Assembly: GCA_964016885.1 (NCBI GenBank)
Contig: OZ024741.1
Span: forward strand, 248,744,001-248,808,000
Reading direction: 5' to 3'
DNA from: Eledone cirrhosa
Lineage: Eukaryota
Length of the DNA stretch: 64,000 nt
Notes under the pieces: generated by a model
Seen by the model: the letters and a program-made list of their open reading frames with translations, nothing else
What the model was told of the DNA's origin: nothing
Databases searched by the model: none
Position numbers and translations under genes: made by a program
Part shown: piece by piece, positions 21,560-36,300 of the stretch
How positions within the stretch are numbered: position 1 is the first letter of the stretch
Layout: the number at the start of each line of letters is the position of its first letter

Positions 21560-24500
21560 GGGGAGATAATTTGTAAAAAAAAATCAGGGGGAGATAATTT
21601 GTAAAAAAAAATCAGGGGGAGATAATTTGTAAATAAAATCAAGGGGAGATAATTTCCAGCCGTCCAAGGGGAGATAATTTTCAGCCGTCCAAGGAGAGGT
21701 AAATTCTAGCCGTCCAAGGAGATATAATTTCCAGCCGTCCAAGGGGAGATAATTTCCAGCCGTCCAAGGGGAGATAATTTTTTAAAAAAAATCAGGCGGA
21801 GATAATTTGTAAACAAAAATCAGGGGGAGATAATTTTTTAAAAAAAATCAGGGGGAGATAATTTGTAAAAAAAAATCAGGGGGAGATAATTTGTAAAAAA
21901 AATCAAGGGGAGATAATTTCCAGCCGTCCAAGGGGAGGTAATATCTAGCCATCCAAGGGGAGATAATTTCCAGCCGTCCAAGGGGAGATAATTTCCAGCC
22001 GTCCAAGGGGAGATAATATCCAGCCGTCCAAGGAGACATATTTTCCAGCCGTCCAAGGAGAGGTAATTTCTAGCCGTCCAAGGGGAGATAAGTTCCAGCC
22101 TCCAAGGGGAGATAATTTCCAGCCAGCCAAGGGGAGATAATTTGTAAAAAAATCAGGGGGGAGATAATTTGTAAAAAAAATCAGGGGGAGATAATTTGAA
22201 AAAAAAATCAGGGGGAGATAATTTGTAAAAAATATCAAGGGGAGATAATTTCCAGCCCTCCAAGGGGCTATAATTTCCAGCCGTGCAAGGGGAGATAATT
22301 TCCAGCCGTCCAAGGGGAGATAATTTCCATCCTTCCAAGGGGAGATAATTTCCAGCCGTCCAAGGGGAGATAATTTCCCGCCAGCCAAGGGAAGATAATT
22401 TTTTAAAAAATCAGGCGGAGATTGTAAAAAAAATCAGGGGGAGATAATTTGTAAAAAAATCAGGGGGAGATAATTTGTAAAAAAAAATCAGGGGGAGATA
22501 ATTGGTAAAAAAAAATCAGGGGGAGATAATTTGTAAAAAAAATCAGGGGGAGATAATTTGTAAAAAAAATCAGGGGTAGATAATTTGTAAAAAAAATCAG
22601 GGGGAGATAATTTGTAAAAAAAATCAGGGGGAGATAATTTGTAAAAAAAATCAGGGGTAGATAATTTTCAGCCGTCCAAGGGGAGATAATTTCCATCCTT
22701 CCAAGGGGGTATAATTTCCAGCCGTCCAAGGGGAGATAATTTCCCGCCAGCCAAGGAGAGATAACATTTAAAAAAATCAGGCGGAGATAATTTGTAAAAA
22801 AAATCAGGGGTAGATAATTTTCAGCCGTCCAAGGGGAGATAATTTCCATCCTTCCAAGGGGAGATAATTTCCAGCCGTCCAAGGGGAGATAATTTCCCGC
22901 CAGCCAAGGAGAGATAACATTTAAAAAAATCAGGGGGAGATAATTTGTAAAAAAAAACCAGGGGGAGATAATTCGTAAAAAAAATCAGGGGGAGATAATT
23001 TGTAAAAAAAAATCAGGGGTAGATAATTTGTAAAAAAAAATCAGGGGGAGATAATTTGTAAAAAAAAAATCAGGGGGAGATAATTTGTAAAAAAATCAAG
23101 GGGAGATAATTTCCAGCCGTCCAAGGGGAGATAATTTTCAGCCGTCCAAGGAGAGGTAATTTCTAGCCGTCCAAGGGGAGATAATTTCCAGCCGTCCAAG
23201 GGGAGATAATTTTTTTAAAAAAATCAGGCGGAGATAATTTGTAAACAAAAATCAGGGGGAGATAATTTGTAAAAAAAAATCAGGGGGAGATAATTTGTAA
23301 AAAAAAATCAGGGGGAGATAATTTGTAAAAAAAATCAAGGGGAGATAATTTGTAAAAAAAAATCAGGGGTAGATAATTTGTAAAAAAAAATCAGGGGGAA
23401 ATAATTTGTAAAAAAAAAATCAGGGGGAGATAATTTGTAAAAAAATCAAGGGGAGATAATTTCCAGCCGTCCAAGGGGAGATAATTTTCAGCCGTCCAAG
23501 GAGAGGTAATTTCTAGCCGTCCAAGGGGAGATAATTTCCAGCCAGCCAAGGGGAGATAATTTGTAAAAAAATCAGATGTAGATAATTTGTAAAAAAAAAT
23601 CAGGGGAAAATAATTTGTAAAAAAAATCAGGGGGAGATAATTTGTAAAAAAAATCAGGGGTAGATAATTTCCAGCCGTCCAAGGGGAGATAATTTCCATC
23701 CTTCCAAGGGGAGATAATTTCCAGCCGTCCAAGGGGAGATAATTTCCCGCCAGCCAAGGAGAGATAATATTTAAAAAAATCAGGCGGAGATAATTTGTAA
23801 AAAAAATCAGGGGGAGATAATTTGTAAAAAAATCAGGGGGAGATAATTTGTAAAAAAAAATCAGGGGAGATAATTTGTAAAAAAAATCAGGGGGAGATAA
23901 TTTGTAAAAAAAAATCAGGGGTAGATAATTTGTAAAAAAAAATCAGGGGGAGATAATTTGTAAAAAAAAAATCAGGGGGAGATAATTTGTAAAAAAATCA
24001 AGGGGAGATAATTTCCAGCCGTCCAAGGGGAGATAATTTTCAGCCGTCCAAGGAGGTAATTTCTAGCCGTCCAAGGGGAGATAATTTCCAGCCGTCCAAG
24101 GGGAGATAATTTTTTTTAAAAAATCAGGCGGAGATAATTTGTAAACAAAAATCAGGGGGAGATAATTTGTAAAAAAAAATCAGGGGGAGATAATTTGTAA
24201 AAAAAAATCAGGGGGAGATAATTTGTAAAAAAAATCAAGGGGAGATAATTTCCAGCCGTCCAAGGGGAGGTAATATCTAGCCATCCAAGGGGAGATAATT
24301 TCCAGCCGTCCAAGGGGAGATAATTTCCAGCCGTCCAAGGGGAGATAATATCCAGCCGTCCAAGGAGACATATTTTCCAGCCGTCCAAGGAGAGGTAATT
24401 TCTAGCCGTCCAAGGGGAGATAAGTTCCAGCCTCCAAGGGGAGAAAATTTCCAGCCAGCCAAGGAGAGATAACATTTAAAAAAATCAGGCGGAGATAATT

Positions 24501-27280
24501 TGTAAAAAAAATCAGGGGGAGATAATTTGTAAAAAAATCAGGGGGAGATAATTTGTAAAAAAAATCAGGGGTAGATAATTTCCAGCCGTCCAAGGGGAGA
24601 TAATTTCCATCCTTCCAAGGGGAGATAATTTCCAGCCGTCCAAGGGGAGATAATTTCCCGCCAGCCAAGGAGAGATAATATTTAAAAAAATCAGGCGGAG
24701 ATAATTTGTAAAAAAAATCAGGCGGAGATAATTTGTAAAAAAAAATCAGGGGGAGATAATTTGTAAAAAAAAATCAGGGGGAGATAATTTGTAAAAAAAA
24801 TCAAGGGGAGATAATTTCCAGCCGTCCAAGGGGAGATAATTTTCAGCCGTCCAAGGAGAGGTAAATTCTAGCCGTCCAAGGAGATATAATTTCCAGCCGT
24901 CCAAGGGGAGATAATTTCCAGCCGTCCAAGGGGAGATAATTTTTTAAAAAAAATCAGGCGGAGATAATTTGTAAACAAAAATCAGGGGGAGATAATTTTT
25001 AAAAAAAAATCAGGGGGAGATAATTTGTAAAAAAAAATCAGGGGGAGATAATTTGTAAAAATAATCAAGGGGAGATAATTTTCAGCCGTCCAAGGTGAGG
25101 TAATATCTAGCCATCCAAGGGGAGATAATTTCCAGCCGTCCAAGGGGAGATAATTTCCAGCCGTCCAAGGGGAGATAATATCCAGCCGTCCAAGGAGACA
25201 TATTTTCCAGCCGTCCAAGGAGAGGTAATTTCTAGCCGTCCAAGGGGAGATAAGTTCCAGCCTCCAAGGGGAGATAATTTCCAGCCAGCCAAGGGGAGAT
25301 AATTTGTAAAAAAATCAGGGGGGAGATAATTTGTAAAAAAAATCAGGGGGAGATAATTTGAAAAAAAAATCAGGGGGAGATAATTTGTAAAAAATATCAA
25401 GGGGAGATAATTTCCAGCCCTCCAAGGGGCTATAATTTCCAGCCGTGCAAGGGGAGATAATTTCCAGCCGTCCAAGGGGAGATAATTTCCATCCTTCCAA
25501 GGGGAGATAATTTCCAGCCGTCCAAGGGGAGATAATTTCCCGCCAGCCAAGGGAAGATAATTTTTTAAAAAATCAGGCGGAGATTGTAAAAAAAATCAGG
25601 GGGAGATAATTTGTAAAAAAATCAGGGGGAGATAATTTGTAAAAAAAAAATCAGGGGGAGATAATTTGTAAAAAAAAATCAGGGGGAGATAATTTGTAAA
25701 AAAAATCAGGGGGAGATAATTTGTAAAAAAAATCAGGGGTAGATAATTTGTAAAAAAAATCAGGGGGAGATAATTTGTAAAAAAAATCAGGGGGAGATAA
25801 TTTGTAAAAAAAATCAGGGGTAGATAATTTTCAGCCGTCCAAGGGGAGATAATTTCCATCCTTCCAAGGGGAGATAATTTCCAGCCGTCCAAGGGGAGAT
25901 AATTTCCCGCCAGCCAAGGAGAGATAACATTTAAAAAAATCAGGCGGAGATAATTTGTAAAAAAATCAGGGGGAGATAATTTGTAAAAAAAATCAGGGGT
26001 AGATAATTTTCAGCCGTCCAAGGGGAGATAATTTCCATCCTTCCAAGGGGAGATAATTTCCAGCCGTCCAAGGGGAGATAATTTCCCGCCAGCCAAGGAG
26101 AGATAACATTTAAAAAAATCAGGGGGAGATAATTTGTAAAAAAAAATCAGGGGGAGATAATTCGTAAAAAAAAATCAGGGGGAGATAATTTGTAAAAAAA
26201 AATCAGGGGTAGATAATTTGTAAAAAAAAATCAGGGGGAGATAATTTGTAAAAAAAAAATCAGGGGGAGATAATTTGTAAAAAAATCAAGGGGAGATAAT
26301 TTCCAGCCGTCCAAGGGGAGATAATTTTCAGCCGTCCAAGGAGAGGTAATTTCTAGCCGTCCAAGGGGAGATAATTTCCAGCCGTCCAAGGGGAGATAAT
26401 TTTTTTAAAAAAATCAGGCGGAGATAATTTGTAAACAAAAATCAGGGGGAGATAATTTGTAAAAAAAAATCAGGGGGAGATAATTTGTAAAAAAAAATCA
26501 GGGGGAGATAATTTGTAAAAAAAATCAAGGGGAGATAATTTGTAAAAAAAAATCAGGGGTAGATAATTTGTAAAAAAAAATCAGGGGGAAATAATTTGTA
26601 AAAAAAAAATCAGGGGGAGATAATTTGTAAAAAAATCAAGGGGAGATAATTTCCAGCCGTCCAAGGGGAGATAATTTTCAGCCGTCCAAGGAGAGGTAAT
26701 TTCTAGCCGTCCAAGGGGAGATAATTTCCAGCCAGCCAAGGGGAGATAATTTGTAAAAAAATCAGATGTAGATAATTTGTAAAAAAAAATCAGGGGAAAA
26801 TAATTTGTAAAAAAAATCAGGGGGAGATAATTTGTAAAAAAAATCAGGGGTAGATAATTTCCAGCCGTCCAAGGGGAGATAATTTCCATCCTTCCAAGGG
26901 GAGATAATTTCCAGCCGTCCAAGGGGAGATAATTTCCCGCCAGCCAAGGAGAGATAATATTTAAAAAAATCAGGCGGAGATAATTTGTAAAAAAAATCAG
27001 GGGGAGATAATTTGTAAAAAAATCAGGGGGAGATAATTTGTAAAAAAAAATCAGGGGAGATAATTTGTAAAAAAAATCAGGGGGAGATAATTTGTAAAAA
27101 AAAATCAGGGGTAGATAATTTGTAAAAAAAAATCAGGGGGAGATAATTTGTAAAAAAAAAATCAGGGGGAGATAATTTGTAAAAAAATCAAGGGGAGATA
27201 ATTTCCAGCCGTCCAAGGGGAGATAATTTTCAGCCGTCCAAGGAGGTAATTTCTAGCCGTCCAAGGGGAGATCATTTCCA
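21560..27280. repeat. Imperfect tandem duplication of about 3.17 kb
   Basis: ORF offsets 3162 (21945/25107) and 3190 (23391/26581, 23572/26762); private CAGGGGAAAATAAT at 23601 and 26791. Boundaries approximate. Confidence 0.78.
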
Positions 27281-27355
27281 GCCGTCCAAGGGGAGATAAT
27301 ATCCAGCCGTCCAAGGAGACATATTTTCCAGCCGTCCAAGGAGAGGTAATTTCTA

Positions 27356-30300
27356 GCCGTCCAAGGGGAGATAAGTTCCAGCCTCCAAGGGGAGAAAATT
27401 TCCAGCCAGCCAAGGGGAGATAATTTGTAAAAAAATCAGGGGGAGATAATTTGTAAAAAAAAAATCAGGGGGAGATAATTTGTAAAAAAATCAGGGGGAG
27501 ATAATTTGTAAAAAAAAAATCAGGGGGAGATAATTTGTAAAAAAAATCAGGGGGAGATAATTTGTAGAAAAAATCAGGGGTAGATAATTTGTAAAAAAAA
27601 TCAGGGGGAGATAATTTGTAAAAAAAATCAGGGGGAGATAATTTGTAAAAAAAATCAGGGGTAGATAATTTTCAGCCGTCCAAGGGGAGATAATTTCCAT
27701 CCTTCCAAGGGGAGATAATTTCCAGCCGTCCAAGGGGAGATAATTTCCCGCCAGCCAAGGAGAGATAACATTTAAAAAAATCAGGCGGAGATAATTTGTA
27801 AAAAAAATCAGGGGGAGATAATTTGTAAAAAAATCAGGGGGAGATAATTTGTAAAAAAAATCAGGGGTAGATAATTTCCAGCCGTCCAAGGGGAGATAAT
27901 TTCCATCCTTCCAAGGGGAGATAATTTCCAGCCGTCCAAGGGGAGATAATTTCCCGCCAGCCAAGGAGAGATAATATTTAAAAAAATCAGGCGGAGATAA
28001 TTTGTAAAAAAAATCAGGCGGAGATAATTTGTAAAAAAAAATCAGGGGGAGATAATTTGTAAAAAAAAATCAGGGGGAGATAATTTGTAAAAAAATCAAG
28101 GGGAGATAATTTCCAGCCGTCCAAGGGGAGATAATTTTCAGCCGTCCAAGGAGAGGTAATTTCTAGCCGTCCAAGGGGAGATAATTTCCAGCCAGCCAAG
28201 GGGAGATAATTTGTAAAAAAATCAGATGTAGATAATTTGTAAAAAAAAATCAGGTGGAGATAATTTGTAAAAAAAATCAGGGGGAGATAATTTGTAAAAA
28301 AAATCAGGGGTAGATAATTTCCAGCCGTCCAAGGGGAGATAATTTCCATCCTTCCAAGGGGAGATAATTTCCAGCCGTCCAAGGGGAGATAATTTCCCGC
28401 CAGCCAAGGAGAGATAATATTTAAAAAAATCAGGCGGAGATAATTTGTAAAAAAAATCAGGGGGAGATAATTTGTAAAAAAATCAGGGGGAGATAATTTG
28501 TAAAAAAAAATCAGGGGAGATAATTTGTAAAAAAAATCAGGGGGAGATAATTTGTAAAAAAAAATCAGGGGTAGATAATTTGTAAAAAAAAATCAGGGGG
28601 AGATAATTTGTAAAAAAAAAATCAGGGGGAGATAATTTGTAAAAAAATCAAGGGGAGATAATTTCCAGCCGTCCAAGGGGAGATAATTTTCAGCCGTCCA
28701 AGGAGGTAATTTCTAGCCGTCCAAGGGGAGATAATTTCCAGCCGTCCAAGGGGAGATAATTTTTTTTAAAAAATCAGGCGGAGATAATTTGTAAACAAAA
28801 ATCAGGGGGAGATAATTTGTAAAAAAAAATCAGGGGGAGATAATTTGTAAAAAAAAATCAGGGGGAGATAATTTGTAAAAAAAATCAAGGGGAGATAATT
28901 TCCAGCCGTCCAAGGGGAGGTAATATCTAGCCATCCAAGGGGAGATAATTTCCAGCCGTCCAAGGGGAGATAATTTCCAGCCGTCCAAGGGGAGATAATA
29001 TCCAGCCGTCCAAGGAGACATATTTTCCAGCCGTCCAAGGAGAGGTAATTTCTAGCCGTCCAAGGGGAGATAAGTTCCAGCCTCCAAGGGGAGAAAATTT
29101 CCAGCCAGCCAAGGGGAGATAATTTGTAAAAAAATCAGGGGGAGATAATTTGTAAAAAAAAAATCAGGGGGAGATAATTTGTAAAAAAATCAGGGGGAGA
29201 TAATTTGTAAAAAAAAAATCAGGGGGAGATAATTTGTAAAAAAAATCAGGGGGAGATAATTTGTAGAAAAAATCAGGGGTAGATAATTTGTAAAAAAAAT
29301 CAGGGGGAGATAATTTGTAAAAAAAATCAGGGGGAGATAATTTGTAAAAAAAATCAGGGGTAGATAATTTTCAGCCGTCCAAGGGGAGATAATTTCCATC
29401 CTTCCAAGGGGAGATAATTTCCAGCCGTCCAAGGGGAGATAATTTCCCGCCAGCCAAGGAGAGATAACATTTAAAAAAATCAGGCGGAGATAATTTGTAA
29501 AAAAAATCAGGGGGAGATAATTTGTAAAAAAATCAGGGGGAGATAATTTGTAAAAAAAATCAGGGGTAGATAATTTCCAGCCGTCCAAGGGGAGATAATT
29601 TCCATCCTTCCAAGGGGAGATAATTTCCAGCCGTCCAAGGGGAGATAATTTCCCGCCAGCCAAGGAGAGATAATATTTAAAAAAATCAGGCGGAGATAAT
29701 TTGTAAAAAAAAATCAGGGGGAGATAATTTGTAAAAAAAAATCAGGGGGAGATAATTTGTAAAAAAAATCAAGGGGAGATAATTTCCAGCCGTCCAAGGG
29801 GAGATAATTTTCAGCCGTCCAAGGGGAGATAATTTTTTAAAAAAAATCAGGCGGAGATAATTTGTAAACAAAAATCAGGGGGAGATAATTTTTAAAAAAA
29901 AATCAGGGGGAGATAATTTGTAAAAAAAAATCAGGGGGAGATAATTTGTAAAAATAATCAAGGGGAGATAATTTTCAGCCGTCCAAGGGGAGGTAATATC
30001 TAGCCATCCAAGGGGAGATAATTTCCAGCCGTCCAAGGGGAGATAATTTCCAGCCGTCCAAGGGGAGATAATATCCAGCCGTCCAAGGAGACATATTTTC
30101 CAGCCGTCCAAGGAGAGGTAATTTCTAGCCGTCCAAGGGGAGATAAGTTCCAGCCTCCAAGGGGAGATAATTTCCAGCCAGCCAAGGGGAGATAATTTGT
30201 AAAAAAATCAGGGGGGAGATAATTTGTAAAAAAAATCAGGGGGAGATAATTTGAAAAAAAAATCAGGGGGAGATAATTTGTAAAAAATATCAAGGGGAGA

Positions 30301-33300
30301 TAATTTCCAGCCCTCCAAGGGGCTATAATTTCCAGCCGTGCAAGGGGAGATAATTTCCAGCCGTCCAAGGGGAGATAATTTCCATCCTTCCAAGGGGAGA
30401 TAATTTCCAGCCGTCCAAGGGGAGATAATTTCCCGCCAGCCAAGGGAAGATAATTTTTTAAAAAATCAGGCGGAGATTGTAAAAAAAATCAGGGGGAGAT
30501 AATTTGTAAAAAAATCAGGGGGAGATAATTTGTAAAAAAAAAATCAGGGGGAGATAATTTGTAAAAAAAAATCAGGGGGAGATAATTTGTAAAAAAAATC
30601 AGGGGGAGATAATTTGTAAAAAAAATCAGGGGTAGATAATTTGTAAAAAAAATCAGGGGGAGATAATTTGTAAAAAAAATCAGGGGGAGATAATTTGTAA
30701 AAAAAATCAGGGGTAGATAATTTTCAGCCGTCCAAGGGGAGATAATTTCCATCCTTCCAAGGGGAGATAATTTCCAGCCGTCCAAAGGGAGATAATTTCC
30801 CGCCAGCCAAGGAGAGATAACATTTAAAAAAATCAGGCGGAGATAATTTGTAAAAAAATCAGGGGGAGATAATTTGTAAAAAAAATCAGGGGTAGATAAT
30901 TTTCAGCCGTCCAAGGGGAGATAATTTCCATCCTTCCAAGGGGAGATAATTTCCAGCCGTCCAAGGGGAGATAATTTCCCGCCAGCCAAGGAGAGATAAC
31001 ATTTAAAAAAATCAGGGGGAGATAATTTGTGAAAAAAAATCAGGGGGAGATAATTCGTAAAAAAAATCAGGGGGAGATAATTTGTAAAAAAAAATCAGGG
31101 GTAGATAATTTGTAAAAAAAAATCAGGGGGAGATAATTTGTAAAAAAAAAATCAGGGGGAGATAATTTGTAAAAAAATCAAGGGGAGATAATTTCCAGCC
31201 GTCCAAGGGGAGATAATTTTCAGCCGTCCAAGGAGAGGTAATTTCTAGCCGTCCAAGGGGAGATAATTTCCAGCCGTCCAAGGGGAGATAATTTTTTTAA
31301 AAAAATCAGGCGGAGATAATTTGTAAACAAAAATCAGGGGGAGATAATTTGTAAAAAAAAATCAGGGGGAGATAATTTGTAAAAAAAAATCAGGGGGAGA
31401 TAATTTGTAAAAAAAATCAAGGGGAGATAATTTGTAAAAAAAAATCAGGGGTAGATAATTTGTAAAAAAAAATCAGGGGGAGATAATTTGTAAAAAAAAA
31501 ATCAGGGGGAGATAATTTGTAAAAAAATCAAGGGGAGATAATTTCCAGCCGTCCAAGGGGAGATAATTTTCAGCCGTCCAAGGACAGGTAATTTCTAGCC
31601 GTCCAAGGGGAGATAATTTCCATCCTTCCAAGGGGAGATAATTTCCAGCCGTCCAAAGGGAGATAATTTCCCGCCAGCCAAGGAGAGATAACATTTAAAA
31701 AAATCAGGCGGAGATAATTTGTAAAAAAATCAGGGGGAGATAATTTGTAAAAAAAATCAGGGGTAGATAATTTTCAGCCGTCCAAGGGGAGATAATTTCC
31801 ATCCTTCCAAGGGGAGATAATTTCCAGCCGTCCAAGGGGAGATAATTTCCCGCCAGCCAAGGAGAGATAACATTTAAAAAAATCAGGGGGAGATAATTTG
31901 TGAAAAAAAATCAGGGGGAGATAATTCGTAAAAAAAATCAGGGGGAGATAATTTGTAAAAAAAAATCAGGGGTAGATAATTTGTAAAAAAAAATCAGGGG
32001 GAGATAATTTGTAAAAAAAAAATCAGGGGGAGATAATTTGTAAAAAAATCAAGGGGAGATAATTTCCAGCCGTCCAAGGGGAGATAATTTTCAGCCGTCC
32101 AAGGAGAGGTAATTTCTAGCCGTCCAAGGGGAGATAATTTCCAGCCGTCCAAGGGGAGATAATTTTTTTAAAAAAATCAGGCGGAGATAATTTGTAAACA
32201 AAAATCAGGGGGAGATAATTTGTAAAAAAAAATCAGGGGGAGATAATTTGTAAAAAAAAATCAGGGGGAGATAATTTGTAAAAAAAATCAAGGGGAGATA
32301 ATTTGTAAAAAAAAATCAGGGGTAGATAATTTGTAAAAAAAAATCAGGGGGAGATAATTTGTAAAAAAAAAATCAGGGGGAGATAATTTGTAAAAAAATC
32401 AAGGGGAGATAATTTCCAGCCGTCCAAGGGGAGATAATTTTCAGCCGTCCAAGGACAGGTAATTTCTAGCCGTCCAAGGGGAGATAATTTCCAGCCAGCC
32501 AAGGGGAGATAATTTGTAAAAAAATCAGGGGTAGATAATTTGTAAAAAAAAATCAGGGGGAGATAATTTGTAAAAAAAATCAGGGGGAGATAATTTGTAA
32601 AAAAAATCAGGGGTAGATAATTTCCAGCCGTCCAAGGGGAGATAATTTCCATCCTTCCAAGGGGAGACAATTTCCAGCCGTCCAAGGGGAGATAATTTCC
32701 CGCCAGCCAAGGAGAGATAACATTTAAAAAAATCAGGCGGAGATAATTTGTAAAAAAAATCAGGGGGAGATAATTTGTAAAAAAATCAGGGGGAGATAAT
32801 TTGTAAAAAAAATCAGGGGTAGATAATTTCCAGCCGTCCAAGGGGAGATAATTTCCATCCTGCCAAGGGGAGATAATTTCCAGCCGTCCAAGGGGAGATA
32901 ATTTCCCGCCAGCCAAGGAGAGATAATATTTAAAAAAATCAGGCGGAGATAATTTGTAAAAAAAATCAGGGGGAGATAATTTGTAAAAAAATTAGGGGGA
33001 GATAATTTGTAAAAAAAAATCAGGGGAGATAATTTGTTAAAAAAATCAGGGGGAGATAATTTGTAAAAAGAAATCAGGGGTAGATAATTTGTAAAAAAAA
33101 ATCAGGGGGAGATAATTTGTAAAAAAAAAATCAGGGGGAGATAATTTGTAAAAAAATCAAGGGGAGATAATTTCCAGCCGTCCAAGGGGAGATAATTTTC
33201 AGCCGTCCAAGGAGGTAATTTCTAGCCGTCCAAGGGGAGATAATTTCCAGCCGTCCAAGGGGAGATAATTTTTTTTTAAAAATCAGGCGGAGATAATTTG

Positions 33301-36300
33301 TAAACAAAAATCAGGGGGAGATAATTTGTAAAAAAAAATCAGGGGGAGATAATTTGTAAAAAAAAATCAGGGGGAGATAATTTGTAAAAAAAATCAAGGG
33401 GAGATAATTTCCAGCCGTCCAAGGGGAGGTAATATTTAGCCATCCAAGGGGAGATAATTTCCAGCCGTCCAAGGGGAGATAATTTCCAGCCGTCCAAGGG
33501 GAGATAATATCCAGCCGTCCAAGGAGACATATTTTCCAGCCGTCCAAGGAGAGGTAATTTCTAGCCGTCCAAGGGGAGATAAGTTCCAGCCTCCAAGGGA
33601 AGATAATTTCCAGCCAGCCAAGGGGAGATAATTTGTAAAAATATCAGGGGGGAGATAATTTGTAAAAAAAATCAGGGGGAGATAATTTGAAAAAAAAATC
33701 AGGGGGAGATAATTTGTAAAAAATATCAAGGGGAGATAATTTCCAGCCCTCCAAGGGGCTATAATTTCCAGCCGTGCAAGGGGAGATAATTTCCAGCCGT
33801 CCAAGGGGAGATAATTTCCATCCTTCCAAGGGGAGATAATTTCCAGCCGTCCAAGGGGAGATAATTTCCCGCCAGCCAAGGGAAGATAATTTTTTAAAAA
33901 ATCAGGCGGAGATTGTAAAAAAAATCAGGGGGAGATAATTTGTAAAAAAATCAGGGGGAGATAATTTGTAAAAAAAAATCAGGGGGAGATAATTTGTAAA
34001 AAAAAATCAGGGGGAGATAATTTGTTAAAAAAATCAGGGGGAGATAATTTGTAAAAAAAATCAGGGGTAGATAATTTGTAAAAAAAATCAGGGGGAGATA
34101 ATTTGTAAAAAAAATCAGGGGGAGATAATTTGTAAAAAAAATCAGGGGTAGATGATTTTCAGCCGTCCAAGGGGAGATAATTTCCATCCTTCCAAGGGGA
34201 GATAATTTCCAGCCGTCCAAGGGGAGATAATTTCCCGCCAGCCAAGGAGAGATAACATTTAAAAAAATCAGGCGGAGATAATTTGTAAAAAAATCAGGGG
34301 GAGATAATTTGTAAAAAAAATCAGGGGTAGATAATTTTCAGCCGTCCAAGGGGAGATAATTTCCATCCTTCCAAGGGGAGATAATTTCCAGCCGTCCAAG
34401 GGGAGATAATTTCCCGCCAGCCAAGGAGAGATAACATTTAAAAAAATCAGGGGGAGATAATTTGTAAAAAAAAATCAGGGGGAGATAATTCGTAAAAAAA
34501 ATGAGGGGGAGATAATTTGTAAAAAAAAATCAGGGGTAGATAATTTGTAAAAAAAAATCAGGGGGAGATAATTTGTAAAAAAAAAATCAGGGGGAGATAA
34601 TTTGTAAAAAAATCAAGGGGAGATAATTTCCAGCCGTCCAAGGGGAGATAATTTTCAGCCGTCCAAGGAGAGTTAATTTCTAGCCGTCCAAGGGGAGATA
34701 ATTTCCAGCCGTCCAAGGGGAGATAATTTTTTTAAAAAAATCAGGCGGAGATAATTTGTAAACAAAAATCAGGGGGAGATAATTTGTAAAAAAAAATCAG
34801 GGGGAGATAATTTATAAAAAAAAATCAGGGGGAGATAATTTGTAAAAAAAATCAAGGGGAGATAATTTGTAAAAAAAAATCAGGGGTAGATAATTTGTAA
34901 AAAAAAATCAGGGGGAGATAATTTGTAAAAAAAAAATCAGGGGGAGATAATTTGTAAAAAAATCAAGGGGAGATAATTTCCAGCCGTCCAAGGGGAGATA
35001 ATTTTCAGCCGTCCAAGGAGAGGTAATTTCTAGCCGTCCAAGGGGAGATAATTTCCAGCCAGCCAAGGGGAGATAATTTGTAAAAAATCAGATGTAGATA
35101 ATTTGTAAAAAAAAATCAGGGGGAGATAATTTGTAAAAAAAATCAGGGGGAGATAATTTGTAAAAAAAATCAGGGGTAGATAATTTTAAGCCGTCCAAGG
35201 GGAGATAATTTCCATCCTTCCAAGGGGAGATAATTTCCAGCCGTCCAAGGGGAGATAATTTCCCGCCAGCCAAGGAGAGATAATATTTAAAAAAATCAGG
35301 CGGAGATAATTTGTAAAAAAAATCAGGGGGAGATAATTTGTAAAAAAATCAGGGGGAGATAATTTGTAAAAAAAAATCCGGGGAGATAATTTGTAAAAAA
35401 AATCAGGGGGAGATAATTTGTAAAAAAAAATCAGGGGTAGATAATTTGTAAAAAAAAATCAGGGGGAGATAATTTGTAAAAAAAAAATCAGGGGGAGATA
35501 ATTTGTAAAAAAATCAAGGGGAGATAATTTCCAGCCGTCCAAGGGGAGATAATTTTCAGCCGTCCAAGGAGGTAATTTCTAGCCGTCCAAGGGGAGATAA
35601 TTTCCAGCCGTCCAAGGGGAGATAATTTTTTTTAAAAAATCAGGCGGAGATAATTTGTAAACAAAAATCAGGGGGAGATAATTTGTAAAAAAAAATCAGG
35701 GGGAGATAATTTGTAAAAAAAAATCAGGGGGAGATAATTTGTAAAAAAAATCAAGGGGAGATAATTTCCAGCCGTCCAAGGGGAGGTAATATCTAGCCAT
35801 CCAAGGGGAGATAATCTCCAGCCGTCCAAGGGGAGATAATTTCCAGCCGTCCAAGGGGAGATAATATCCAGCCGTCCAAGGAGACATATTTTCCAGCCGT
35901 CCAAGGAGAGGTAATTTCTAGCCGTCCAAGGGGAGATAAGTTCCAGCCTCCAAGGGGAGAAAATTTCCAGCCAGCCAAGGGGAGATAATTTGTAAAAAAA
36001 TCAGGGGGAGATAATTTGTAAAAAAAAAATCAGAGGGAGATAATTTGTAAAAAAATCAGGGGGAGATAATTTGTAAAAAAAAAATCAGGGGGAGATAATT
36101 TGTAAAAAAAATCAGGGGGAGATAATTTGTAGAAAAAATCAGGGGTAGATAATTTGTAAAAAAAATCAGGGGGAGATAATTTGTAAAAAAAATCAGGGGG
36201 AGATAATTTGTAAAAAAAATCAGGGGTAGATAATTTTCAGCCGTCCAAGGGGAGATAATTTCCATCCTTCCAAGGGGAGATAATTTCCAGCCGTCCAAGG

